64,000 bases of DNA, taken from NCBI GenBank assembly GCA_963775225.1, contig CAVZHW010000002.1:211909-275908 (forward strand). The letters are read 5' to 3'. This stretch comes from an uncultured Chloroflexia bacterium (GTDB taxonomy: Bacteria > Chloroflexota > Limnocylindria > Limnocylindrales > CSP1-4). The notes beneath the pieces were generated by a model. The model had not been told where the DNA came from, did not search any database, and worked only from the letters and a program-made list of their open reading frames with translations. Made by a program: the position numbers and the translations under genes. Position 1 is the first letter of the stretch; every line of letters begins with the position of its first letter. Of this stretch, positions 10,900 to 19,514 are shown one piece after another.

Positions 10900-12126
10900 G
10901 TGCATCACGTGGAGGACTGGGCCGAGGTCCATCGGCTCTTCGATCGGGAGGGCCGCCCGAAGGCGGCGATCGCCCGCCAGCTGGCGATGAGCCGGAACAC
11001 CGTCGATCGGCTGCTGGGCCTGACGGAGCCGCCGCGCTACAGCCGCCCGCCGCGAGGCTCGCAGCTCGACCCGTTCGAAGGCCCGATCACGGCGCTCCTG
11101 GTGGCCGATCCGACGGTCCCCGCCACGGTCATCTGCGAGCGTCTCCGGGCGGCCGGTTATCGGGGCGGGCTGACGATCCTCAAAGACCACCTCGCGCGGG
11201 TCCGGCCGGGGTTCCTCGCTGCCCGCGCCTTCCAGCGCACGTCGTATCGGCCGGGTGAGATCGGCCAGGTCGACTGGTGGCACACGGGCGCGCTGGTGCC
11301 GGTCGGCCGGGGCCGAAGCCGACCGGCCTTCGGCCTCGTCGCGACGCTGCCCCACTCGGGTGCCCACGCCGCGACGTTCAGCTTCACGATGACCGTCGGC
11401 GACGTGCGACCGGGGCTCGTCAGCTGCCTCGCCCGGCTCGGCGGCGTGCCCGAGGCGCTGGTCTTCGACAACGACGCCTCGATCGTCGCCTCGCGCTCCG
11501 GCGGCCGTGCCCGGCTGCACGACGAGGTCGCCGGTCTGCTCGGTGCGCTGCGCACCAAGGCGATCGTCCTGCGCCCGCGGCGACCGACCTCGAAGGCCCA
11601 GGTCGAGCGGACGATCGGTTATCTCGAGACGAGCTTCCTGCCGGCCCGCTCGTTCGACTCGCTCGACGACCTCCAGGACCAGCACGACAGCTGGGCGACC
11701 AACGTCGCGGCGCGGCGCACCCTCCGTCGGACCGGGGCCCGGGTCGGCGACCGCTGGGCGGTGGAGCGCCAGTTCCTGCGCCCGCTGCCGGATCCGCTGC
11801 CCGACACCGACCTCCACCTCGAGACCCGCGTCGGCCGCGATGCGTTCGTCCGGGCGGCCGGCGTCGATTACTCGGTCCCGCCAGCGTTCGTCGGGCGGCG
11901 GGTCGCGATCCGGGTCTCGCCGGTCGCCATCCGAGTGAGCTGCGAGGGCGCCGAGATCGCCCGTCATGAGCGGAGCTTCGTCCCGGCTGATGTCGTCCAG
12001 GCGCCAGCCCACGGCCGAGCGCTCCGGCTCGCCCGGGAGGCGCGCGACCAGCTGGCCGCCGGCGACGTCGAGCTGCCCGAGATCGATCTCGCCCGCTATG
12101 ACGCGCTCGTCGGCGCAAGCTCATGA
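10900..12126 (+). CDS. istA: IS21-family transposase IstA
   Basis: GTG start preceded by GAGGAAGGAG. N-terminal HTH: AIARQLAMSRNTVDRLL. Integrase-core-like region: YRPGEIGQVDWWH...LVFDNDASIV. The stop overlaps the istB start. Confidence 0.9.
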   Translation: MHHVEDWAEVHRLFDREGRPKAAIARQLAMSRNTVDRLLGLTEPPRYSRPPRGSQLDPFEGPITALLVADPTVPATVICERLRAAGYRGGLTILKDHLARVRPGFLAARAFQRTSYRPGEIGQVDWWHTGALVPVGRGRSRPAFGLVATLPHSGAHAATFSFTMTVGDVRPGLVSCLARLGGVPEALVFDNDASIVASRSGGRARLHDEVAGLLGALRTKAIVLRPRRPTSKAQVERTIGYLETSFLPARSFDSLDDLQDQHDSWATNVAARRTLRRTGARVGDRWAVERQFLRPLPDPLPDTDLHLETRVGRDAFVRAAGVDYSVPPAFVGRRVAIRVSPVAIRVSCEGAEIARHERSFVPADVVQAPAHGRALRLAREARDQLAAGDVELPEIDLARYDALVGASS

Positions 12127-12890
12127 GCACGGCCGCAGCCGAGCTCGCCTTCCTGTCGGCCGCCCTCAAAGCGCCCCGGATCAAGGCCGTCAGCGGGCGG
12201 CTCGCCAGCCGGGCTCGCGACGAGGGCTGGGATTACGAGGCGTATCTTGCCGCGGTTCTCACCGAAGAGGTCAACGCGCGTGACAGCCACGGCGGGGCGG
12301 CCCGGGTCAAGGCCGCCCGGTTCCCGGCGACAAAGACGCTCGACGACTTCGACTTCAGCGTCCAGACGTCGGTCAGCCGGACGACGATCGCCCATCTTGC
12401 CCAGCTCGACTTCCTGGCCGAGGCGCACAACGTCGTCTTCCTCGGCCCACCTGGAACGGGCAAGACGCATCTGTCGATTGCGCTCGGCGTCCAGGCTGCC
12501 CGGCGCGGCCAGCGGGTCGCTTTCGCGACCGCCCATCAGTGGGTCAACCGGCTCGGTGCGGCCAAGCGTGCCGGACGACTTGACGACGAGCTCGAGCGGC
12601 TCGGCCGGATCCCGCTGCTGATCGTCGACGAGGTCGGCTACATCCCGTTCGACCCCGAGGCCGCGGCGCTCTTCTTCGCCCTGATCAGCTCGCGCTATGA
12701 GCGGCGTTCGCTCATCGTGTCGAGCAACAAGACATTCAGCGCCTGGGCTGAGATCTTCGGCGACCCGGTCGCCGTGGCGGCGATGGTCGACCGCCTCGTC
12801 CACCACGCCGAAGTGATCGTTCTCAAGGGCGAGAGCTACCGCCTGCGGGGCAAGCGGGAGGAGGTGCTGACCGGCGAGAAGAAGCGCTGA
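12123..12890 (+). CDS. istB: IS21-family helper ATPase IstB
   Basis: Walker A is GPPGTGKTH and Walker B is LLIVDEVGY. The typical IstB tail is RLVHHAEVIVLKGESYRLRG. The start overlaps the istA stop by 4 nt (ATGA). Confidence 0.92.
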   Translation: MSTAAAELAFLSAALKAPRIKAVSGRLASRARDEGWDYEAYLAAVLTEEVNARDSHGGAARVKAARFPATKTLDDFDFSVQTSVSRTTIAHLAQLDFLAEAHNVVFLGPPGTGKTHLSIALGVQAARRGQRVAFATAHQWVNRLGAAKRAGRLDDELERLGRIPLLIVDEVGYIPFDPEAAALFFALISSRYERRSLIVSSNKTFSAWAEIFGDPVAVAAMVDRLVHHAEVIVLKGESYRLRGKREEVLTGEKKR

Positions 12891-13016
12891 CCTGCTCAGT
12901 TTTCAACCGGCGATTTCTGCTCAGGTTTGGACCGGCGTTGACAGGTTTCGGGCGGTCTGGAGACTGCGGCATGCGGAAATAAGTGAGAGATAAGTGGCCG
13001 GCGCTATGAATCGGGC

Positions 13017-13937
13017 ATGTCGGTGTCTGGTCGGGCGCTGCGAATCGACGTTGCGCGGACGATGCGGGACGTCCGGCTTGCGCTGGGCTGGTCCCAGAGA
13101 GAGTTGGCGAGGCGGGCGGATGTCACGCAGTCGACGGTCTGCCGCATCGAGCGCGCAACATTGGCCGCGCTGACGTTTGATACCGCGGCGCTGATCCTCG
13201 ATGTGCTTGGAGTGCGGGCATCGCTCGAACTTCGTGCGCCGTTCATCGCCGATCGGGGACGGCAGCGCGATGCCGGTCACTCGCGCTGCGTGGCCTACGT
13301 CGCTCGGCGTCTGCGCCGATTGGGCTGGACCGTGGTGACCGAAGTCGAGATCGCGACCGGTTCCAGCCGCGGGTGGATCGATGTGCTCGCCTATCGGCCG
13401 AGCGACGGCCTGCTGCTGATCATCGAAGTCAAGACCGACCTGACCGATATCGGCATGCTCCAGCGTCAGGTGTCCTGGTACGAGCGCGGCGCATGGGACG
13501 CCGCGCGTCGCGAGGGATGGCGGCCGCGGCGGGCGATCAGCGCGGTCCTGGTTCTGGCCACGGAACGCGCGCTCGAGCGGATCGGCGACAACCGCGAGCT
13601 GCTGCGGCAGGCGTTTCCGGCGAGCGCTCGGGAGCTGGGCCTGACTGTGGCACGTGACGGCGGTGCGCCTTCTGGCGGGGGTGTCCCTTCTGGCGGGGGT
13701 GTCCCTTCTGGCGGGGGTGTCCCTTCTGGCGGGGGTGTCCCTTCTGGCGGGGGTGTCCCTTCTGGCGGGGGTGTCCCTTCTGGCGGGGGTGTCCCTTCAG
13801 GGCGGCGGGCAATGGCGATGATCGACCCGTACAACCGCTCTCGGCGGTGGTTGCTGGCTACGCCGCTGGCCGGTCGGGTCACTGCAGCCCCCTACGCGGA
13901 TTACGCCGATCTCATGCGGAGAATCCGGGCGGGTTGA
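13017..13937 (+). CDS. XRE-family HTH protein with a PD-(D/E)xK nuclease-like C-terminal domain and an internal heptapeptide repeat
   Basis: HTH: LALGWSQRELARRADVTQSTVCRIERA. Later motifs are GWIDVLAY ... LLLIIEVKT, a D...ExK pattern of restriction-endonuclease-fold proteins. There are 7 copies of GGVPSGG, from a 21-bp tandem repeat. Confidence 0.6.
   Translation: MSVSGRALRIDVARTMRDVRLALGWSQRELARRADVTQSTVCRIERATLAALTFDTAALILDVLGVRASLELRAPFIADRGRQRDAGHSRCVAYVARRLRRLGWTVVTEVEIATGSSRGWIDVLAYRPSDGLLLIIEVKTDLTDIGMLQRQVSWYERGAWDAARREGWRPRRAISAVLVLATERALERIGDNRELLRQAFPASARELGLTVARDGGAPSGGGVPSGGGVPSGGGVPSGGGVPSGGGVPSGGGVPSGGGVPSGRRAMAMIDPYNRSRRWLLATPLAGRVTAAPYADYADLMRRIRAG
13663..13805 (+). repeat. 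In-frame 21-bp tandem repeat (GGTGTCCCTTCTGGCGGGGGT), about 7 copies, inside the CDS 13017..13937
   Basis: Direct reading. Copies 2-7 are essentially identical, which implies recent expansion. It encodes (GGVPSGG)n. Confidence 0.9.
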
Positions 13938-13947
13938 GAGGCGGGGG

Positions 13948-14049
13948 GCGATGCGGGTGGCGATGCGGGCCGTCCGGGCGATGCGGGTGGCGATGCAGGT
14001 GGTGCGGGCGGCGATGCGCGCGATGCGGGTGGCGCGGGCGATGCGGGTG
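13948..14049. repeat. Degenerate 12-nt tandem repeat, (GCGATGCGGGTG)n
   Basis: Direct reading. It starts 11 nt after the stop codon of 13017..13937. Confidence 0.85.
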
Positions 14050-14158
14050 GCGCATCAGGAGCGACCGAATCCTTGGGTAAACCCGGTCCGAATGGTTGCC
14101 TTGTGACCGACTTTCCTGGGGGATTCGACCGAAGGCGATGCTTCACACGCATCAAGCG
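14050..14158 (+). repeat. Rod-hairpin intergenic repeat element, copy 3 (divergent subtype)
   Basis: GCGCATCAGGAGCGACCGAATCCTTGGG...CCTGGGGGATTCGACCGAAGGCGATGCTTCACACGCATCAAGCG. The right half (GGGGATTCGACCGAAGGCGATGCTTCACACGCATCA) aligns with the right half of copy 1 (AGGGAATCGGCGGCAGGCGATGCTCCACGCGCATCA). There is an internal inverted repeat, CGACCGAATCC / GGATTCGACCG. Confidence 0.75.
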
Positions 14159-14178
14159 TCCCAACCGAGCCGGGTCGA

Positions 14179-14333
14179 GGTGCGGGCGGCAATGCGGGCC
14201 GTCCGGGCGATGCGGGTGGCGATGCGGGCGATGCGGGTGGCGATGCAGGTGGTGCGGGTGGCGATGCGGGTGGTGCGAGTGGCGATGCGGGTGGCGATGC
14301 GGGCGATGCAGGTGGCGATGCGCGATGCGGGTG
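14179..14333. repeat. Degenerate 12-nt tandem repeat, (GCGATGCGGGTG)n, second block
   Basis: Direct reading. Same unit as 13948..14049. Confidence 0.85.
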
Positions 14334-14440
14334 GCGCATCAGGAGCGACCGAATCCTTGGGCAAACCCGTTCCGAATGGCCGCTTGCGACCGACTTTCCT
14401 GGGGGATTCGACCGAAGGCGATGCTTCACACGCATCAGGC
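14334..14440 (+). repeat. Rod-hairpin intergenic repeat element, copy 4 (divergent subtype)
   Basis: About 90% identical to copy 3. It is offset from copy 3 by 284 bp. Confidence 0.75.
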
Positions 14441-14584
14441 GTTCCAATCAGGCGGAGGGATTCGGGACGCCGGTCGGTACGATCAGACTTCGCGGCCGGG
14501 CCCGCCACTCACTAGAATTCGCTGTGCCGGTGGCGCGACCGGCTTCGTCACAGGGGGCACGAACTCATCCGCACACATCGCTTC

Positions 14585-17119
14585 TTGGCGCCGCTCGTGG
14601 GAGTGGCACTCATCTGGCTCGTCGCGGCGCAACCGGCAGGCGCGGCGCAACCGGCCGCCGGTGCGCCAGCGCCAGCAACGGCTCAGACCGCCTCGGCTCC
14701 GCCTGCGCAGGTGCTCGTGCACTGGGGCGGCTCGCTCGCAGCCAGCCTATCCGTGGTGGCACAGACCGACCGATTGCAGGCGGCGGCGGGTCCATCGCTG
14801 CAGTACATACGCCGGACGGCGTCGGGTGCCCAGGTTTACCGACTGCCGGATGGAGCCAACCAGGCGGACGTGATGGCCCAGCTGCGGACAGTGCCAGGCG
14901 TCGCGTCGGTCGAGCCGGACATCTGGATGGCGCCGGTATCGGCGCCGGTATCGGCGCCGGCATCGGCGACGCCATTGACGCCGCCTACCAACGACACGTA
15001 TGCGGCGAGCATGTGGGGCCTGATGGGGCCGGCGCAGGGCAGTCGTTACGGCATCGACGCGGTCGATGCCTGGCCGCTGACCACCGGCCAGGGAGTCGCC
15101 GTCGCGGTGATCGACACCGGCCTGCTCTTCGACCACCCCGACCTCGCCGGACAGTCGCTGCCGGGCTACGACCTGATCACCGACTACGGACAGGGCCACA
15201 CGGCCGATGTCGCGGGTGACGGCAATGGACGCGACTCGGATGCCAGCGACCCCGGCGACTGGCCGCGCAAGAGTGACGGCTGCGGGGCGGACGTCTCGTC
15301 GTGGCACGGCACTCACGTGGCCGGCACGATTGCCGCCGTTGCCAACAACTCTCTCGGCGTGTTCGGTGGTGCTCCGGGCGTGAAGGTGCAGCCAGTGCGC
15401 GTGCTCGGCCACTGCGGCGGCTACATGTCCGACGTGATCGACGGCATCTACTGGGCCGCGGGGTCCAGTCAGGTCGGCGACGGTAGCGGCGGCCTCCTGC
15501 CCGTCAACCAGTACGCCAATTGCGCCACCTCTGATCCCTGCGTGCGGGTGCTCAACCTGTCGCTCGGCGGCCCGGGCGGCACATGCGATGCGGACCTGGA
15601 GGCCGCTATCCAGTACGCGCTGGGGCAGAACAAGATGGTCGTGGCGGCGGCCGGCAACAATGACAACAACGTCAGGAACTTCTCGCCCGCCAACTGCACC
15701 GGCGTCTTCACCGTTGCCGCGACGAATTTTAACGGCCGCCGCGCGTCCTTCTCGAACTACGGCTCAGCGACGTACCCGCTGGTCGATATCGCGGCTCCCG
15801 GCGTCGGCATCCTGAGCACGCTGAACAGCGGCACGAAGGGGCCGTCGAGCACCTACAACGACACCGTCTGCTACTACTCGCGCTCGAGCGGCTGCAGCTA
15901 CGACTTCTACGACGGCACGTCGATGGCCACGCCGCACGTCTCGCTCAGCGCGGCGCTGGTCGCGGCCGAGAACCCGTCACTCGACGTGGATCAGATCGAG
16001 CAGATCCTGCTCTCGACCGCAACCCGGTTCCCGTACTCGAGCGCCCGGCACTCCTGCTCGCGCAACGCCAACCTTTGTGGCGCAGGCATCGTGAACGCCG
16101 CGGCCGCGGTGGCCGCGGCGATGCCGCCGGCGACCGTGCCCGGCCCGCCAACGGGCGTCGCCGCTTCGGCCGGCCTGGGTGCCATCGCGGTGAGCTGGCA
16201 GCCGTCCGCCGATGACGGCGGCCGCGAGATCACCGGCTACGAAGCCACCGTGACACGCCAGGCCGACAACTCGACCTACACGTGCTCGACCCTTGGGACT
16301 CTGTCATGCACAGTCGGCAGCCTGGCCAACGGCAACTACATGGTCACCGTGCAGGCCCAGAACGCCATCGGCTACGGCGCTTTATCCGACCTCGTCGGCC
16401 CGATCAGCGTGCCGGCGGTCAGCCCGGCCGACACCGACCCGCCGACCGCCTTTGCGCCGACCCTCGCGATTGCGGGCGACCAACCGACCTCCGGTTCGAT
16501 CGCGGTCCACGTCGGCTGGCCCGCGGCGACAGACACCGGCGGGCCGATCGACAGCTACGAGCTGCAGGCGCGGCTCGATGGTGGCGCGTGGTCGACGGTC
16601 GATCTCGGCAGCCCCGCTGCGACCAGCACGGACCTCAGCGTGCGACCCGGCCAGACGGTCGACCTGCGCATCGCGGCGCGCGACATGGCCGGCAACTGGA
16701 GCGGCTGGGCACACCTCGCAAGCAGCCCTGCCAAGATCAATCTCATCCAGGAGAAACCCACCGCGCACGTCGTCTACAGCGGTCGCTTCCGCAAGTTCAG
16801 CTTCAGCGGCGCGTCGGGCGGCCACGTGCGCGCCGCCGGCCACGCCGGCCGCAAGGTGACGTTCACCTTCACCGGCTCGAGCGTCGCCTTCGTCAGCACC
16901 CTTTCACCGACGCGCGGCATCGCCACCGTCCGGCTCGACGGCGGCGCGCCGCAGACCATTGACCTGTACCACGCGGGCGGCTATGAGATGGCGCAGGTGG
17001 CCTGGTCGTCGGGTCCGCTGAGCGCCGGACCGCACACGCTCGTGGTCACCGTGACCGGCACCAGGAACGCTGCTTCGAGCAGGAACCGGGTCGACATCGA
17101 CGCCTTCCTGACCCTCTGA
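14585..17119 (+). CDS. Secreted subtilisin-like serine protease (S8) with fibronectin-III-like and C-terminal accessory domains
   Basis: Catalytic triad motifs: VAVIDTGLLFDHPDL (Asp), HGTHVAGTIAA (His), GTSMATPHVS (Ser). The N-terminal hydrophobic signal starts at TTG 14585, and this start is uncertain. Propeptide-like block: VYRLPDG...VASVEPD. Two Fn3-like segments are present: PGPPTGVAASAG...ITGYEATV and DTDPPTAF...IDSYELQ. Confidence 0.85.
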   Translation: MAPLVGVALIWLVAAQPAGAAQPAAGAPAPATAQTASAPPAQVLVHWGGSLAASLSVVAQTDRLQAAAGPSLQYIRRTASGAQVYRLPDGANQADVMAQLRTVPGVASVEPDIWMAPVSAPVSAPASATPLTPPTNDTYAASMWGLMGPAQGSRYGIDAVDAWPLTTGQGVAVAVIDTGLLFDHPDLAGQSLPGYDLITDYGQGHTADVAGDGNGRDSDASDPGDWPRKSDGCGADVSSWHGTHVAGTIAAVANNSLGVFGGAPGVKVQPVRVLGHCGGYMSDVIDGIYWAAGSSQVGDGSGGLLPVNQYANCATSDPCVRVLNLSLGGPGGTCDADLEAAIQYALGQNKMVVAAAGNNDNNVRNFSPANCTGVFTVAATNFNGRRASFSNYGSATYPLVDIAAPGVGILSTLNSGTKGPSSTYNDTVCYYSRSSGCSYDFYDGTSMATPHVSLSAALVAAENPSLDVDQIEQILLSTATRFPYSSARHSCSRNANLCGAGIVNAAAAVAAAMPPATVPGPPTGVAASAGLGAIAVSWQPSADDGGREITGYEATVTRQADNSTYTCSTLGTLSCTVGSLANGNYMVTVQAQNAIGYGALSDLVGPISVPAVSPADTDPPTAFAPTLAIAGDQPTSGSIAVHVGWPAATDTGGPIDSYELQARLDGGAWSTVDLGSPAATSTDLSVRPGQTVDLRIAARDMAGNWSGWAHLASSPAKINLIQEKPTAHVVYSGRFRKFSFSGASGGHVRAAGHAGRKVTFTFTGSSVAFVSTLSPTRGIATVRLDGGAPQTIDLYHAGGYEMAQVAWSSGPLSAGPHTLVVTVTGTRNAASSRNRVDIDAFLTL

Positions 17120-17234
17120 ACCGGCAAAGTGGCACGGTATACTCGGCCACGGCCGGTCGCGCCGCGCTCAACGAACCGCGCGGCTGGCCGTTCCGAACCG
17201 CGCGGCCGGCGGTTGCGCTGCTGAGGGAGTCCAC

Positions 17235-17525
17235 TTGACGTCGAACGTCGCCCAGAGCTACCCGTACACGACCGAGACGGACAGCGAACGGGCCGCGGCC
17301 GTCGCTGCCGCAGTTGAGCGCTTTCCCGATCTCGCCGACAAGATCGCCAGCGAGTCGCAGCCGCTCGAGTTCGACCAGCCCGCGGAGCCGGGCCGGCCGC
17401 ACCGGACGTGGGTGTTCGTCTGCCCCAGCCACGTCAGCGGCCGGCTGCACGTGTGCGGCTATGCGCTGGAGCGCCACGCGCTCTACACGGTCTGCGACGA
17501 AGGCGGCGAGACCTACCTGCGTTGA
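17235..17525 (+). CDS. Small hypothetical Cys/His-containing protein (96 aa)
   Basis: TTG start behind GAGGGAG. Third-position GC is high throughout. The C-terminal part is VCPSHVSGRLHVCGYALERHALYTVCDEGG. Its stop codon overlaps the TTG start of the next gene (TTGA). Confidence 0.5.
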   Translation: MTSNVAQSYPYTTETDSERAAAVAAAVERFPDLADKIASESQPLEFDQPAEPGRPHRTWVFVCPSHVSGRLHVCGYALERHALYTVCDEGGETYLR

Positions 17526-18688
17526 GCGATCCGGCCGACACCCTGATCCGCTGCAACCAGTGCGGCAACTCCGTGCCGCGCATGGCCTACTGCGTCCGCT
17601 GCGGCGATCCGCTCAGCGACGAATACGACGAGGAGGCGCGCGAGCGCCAGCGCGGCCGGTTCGCGGCAGCCCCTGACGAGCCACTCAACTCCATCTCGGT
17701 GATCAGCACCATCTTCCCGCAGCTGCCCTATGCGCACATGCGCACATTCCGGCTGGCGCTCCTGCTCGGAACGGCGCTGGTCATTCTGCTGGCGCTGGTT
17801 GGCGCCTTCGCCGTGGGTCTCGTGGCGGCGGCCGTGCTCGTGCCACTGCTGATGGTGCTCTACCTGTACGTCGTCGACATATACGAGGACGAGCCGCTGT
17901 CGGTCGTTGCCGCGACCATGATCTGGGGCGCCGCGGCCGGCGCAGTCTTTGCCTTCGCGACCAACGCGGTGCAGACGTCCAGCCCGTTCGCCGGCGGCAA
18001 TGCGAGCCAGCTGCTGGTCCACGGCATCGCCTTGCCCGTGGTCGCGGCGGCACTGATGTTCGTCGGTCCGCTCGCCCTGCTGCCCGCGCGGCGCTTCAAC
18101 GACGTGCTCGACGGCGCGACCTTCGGCGCGGCGTCGGGCGCATCGTTCGTGGGCGCCCAGATGATCGTCAACGCTCTGCCGCTCCTCTCCGGCGGCCTGC
18201 TGCCGGGCGGCGACACGCTGTCGTGGAGCGTGCAACTGGTGTCGCTCGGGATCCTGCAACCGGTCATCGCCGCCGGCTCGATCGGGGCCGCCACGGCCGC
18301 CATCTGGCTGCGCTACCGGGCACCCGTGCGTGATCGCCAGGCACTCGGCCCGCTGGGCGTGCCGGTCATCGCCGTCGCGGCGGCGGTTCTGCTGCTCGTG
18401 GCTGCCGGACTCGCGCGCACCGGCCTGTCGCTCATCCCCGAGTCGATCGCGCTGCTGGCCATCGCCGCGCTCGCCCTGCTCTGGCTGCGGCGCGCCCTGC
18501 ACCTGGGCCTGGTCGAGGAGCTGCACGAGCTGCACGATGCGCCCGACGTGCGCTGTCCCAACTGCGGCCGGCAGACACCCGGTATCGGGTTCTGCGGCAA
18601 CTGCGGCATCTCCCTCACCGCCGTACCGCGCGCGCGGCGCGGCCGGCCAGGGCCGGTCGCGGGCGCCGGCGAGGCCACCGACCAATGA
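17522..18688 (+). CDS. Polytopic membrane protein, PrsW-protease-like, flanked by N- and C-terminal zinc-ribbon motifs
   Basis: This is the ORF 17408..18688, trimmed to TTG at 17522, which overlaps the upstream stop. N-terminal zinc ribbon: CNQCGNSVPRMAYCVRCG. C-terminal zinc ribbon: CPNCGRQTPGIGFCGNCG. There are about 7 TM segments. The block YVVDIYEDEPLSVV..WG resembles the D.yE.EP signature of the PrsW family. The family call is tentative. Confidence 0.55.
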   Translation: MSDPADTLIRCNQCGNSVPRMAYCVRCGDPLSDEYDEEARERQRGRFAAAPDEPLNSISVISTIFPQLPYAHMRTFRLALLLGTALVILLALVGAFAVGLVAAAVLVPLLMVLYLYVVDIYEDEPLSVVAATMIWGAAAGAVFAFATNAVQTSSPFAGGNASQLLVHGIALPVVAAALMFVGPLALLPARRFNDVLDGATFGAASGASFVGAQMIVNALPLLSGGLLPGGDTLSWSVQLVSLGILQPVIAAGSIGAATAAIWLRYRAPVRDRQALGPLGVPVIAVAAAVLLLVAAGLARTGLSLIPESIALLAIAALALLWLRRALHLGLVEELHELHDAPDVRCPNCGRQTPGIGFCGNCGISLTAVPRARRGRPGPVAGAGEATDQ

Positions 18689-19512
18689 GCGGCTGGCAGC
18701 CATCGACGCCGCCGCCGGGTCCCTCCCTCAACCGGCCGCCGGCCCCGGCGAAGATGAGCCCGGTCGCGATCCTGGCCGTGTTCCTGGCCACCATGCTGGT
18801 GCTGTCGCTCGGCGCCGCGGTGGTCGTCTTTGCGCTCTCGCCGGGGCCCCAGCCGGCACCCTGTGCAGCGAACCAGGTGTGCGCACCACCACCGCCCGGC
18901 CAGCCGCGCGCGAGCACGCCGCCCGGAGCATCACCCGGGCCCACCAATCAACCGATTCCATCGGGCTCGCCCGGCACGGGACGCTTCGAACCGGCCGACG
19001 AGCCGCCGAGCACCGCCGCGCCGCTCGTCAACGGGGAGATCTGGAACAGCGGCAGCCTCGGTTATTCGTTCGAGTGGGACCCCGATCTGTGGTCGCTCAG
19101 CTTCCAGGACGACCAAACGGCGGTACTCGACAACTCGATCGGCGAGCTCGTCGTGGTGGGCGCCTCGTCCGACACGTCGGTCGACCAGCTGATCCAGCAG
19201 CAGCTCTCGATCGTCGACGGCTTCACTGTGGGCCGGGCGCTCGACAGCTCCGACGTCGACGCCGTCCTGGGCGCCCACGTCGGCTACATCGACGCCCACG
19301 CACAGGTCTACTCGGCCACGCTGCTCGACAACAGCGGCACGCCCAGCGCGCCGGCGAACGTGACCGTGGTCGGCGCGAGTAACGGCCGGATGAGCGCGGC
19401 GATAATCGTGATCGCCGCCAACCCCGACGACGACTCGCACGGCCAGCCGAACCTGACCATCGTGCGCCAGTCGGCCGACCAGATCCTCAAGACCTTCAAC
19501 TGGGGCGGCTGA
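18685..19512 (+). CDS. Membrane-anchored hypothetical protein with a Pro-rich stalk
   Basis: The start overlaps the upstream stop (ATGA). There is a single TM (VAILAVFLATMLVLSLGAAVVVFAL), followed by a P-rich segment and a globular part of about 170 aa with no motif I recognise. Confidence 0.55.
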   Translation: MSGWQPSTPPPGPSLNRPPAPAKMSPVAILAVFLATMLVLSLGAAVVVFALSPGPQPAPCAANQVCAPPPPGQPRASTPPGASPGPTNQPIPSGSPGTGRFEPADEPPSTAAPLVNGEIWNSGSLGYSFEWDPDLWSLSFQDDQTAVLDNSIGELVVVGASSDTSVDQLIQQQLSIVDGFTVGRALDSSDVDAVLGAHVGYIDAHAQVYSATLLDNSGTPSAPANVTVVGASNGRMSAAIIVIAANPDDDSHGQPNLTIVRQSADQILKTFNWGG

Positions 19513-19514
19513 CA

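Larger units (their letters stand above)
10792..12943 (+). mobile_element. IS21-family insertion sequence, intact (istA and istB, terminal inverted repeats, 6-bp target site duplication)
   Basis: Left end: TGTCGACGCCGGGTGAAAACTGAGCACTTCTCGCCGGTCGAAAACTGAGCAC. Reverse complement of right end: TGTCAACGCCGGTCCAAACCTGAGCAGAAATCGCCGGTTGAAAACTGAGCAG. This is the TG...CA ends with reiterated subterminal repeats that are typical of IS21. GGTTTC flanks both ends, at 10786-10791 and 12944-12949. Confidence 0.9.

Noticed and set aside
17120-17234. Possible terminator or repeat (GAACCGCGCGGC twice, GC-rich hairpin) after the S8 protease gene.
   Set aside because: A short stem can be drawn but there is no U-tract. 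In this GC content such stems are common, so the evidence is insufficient for a terminator call.
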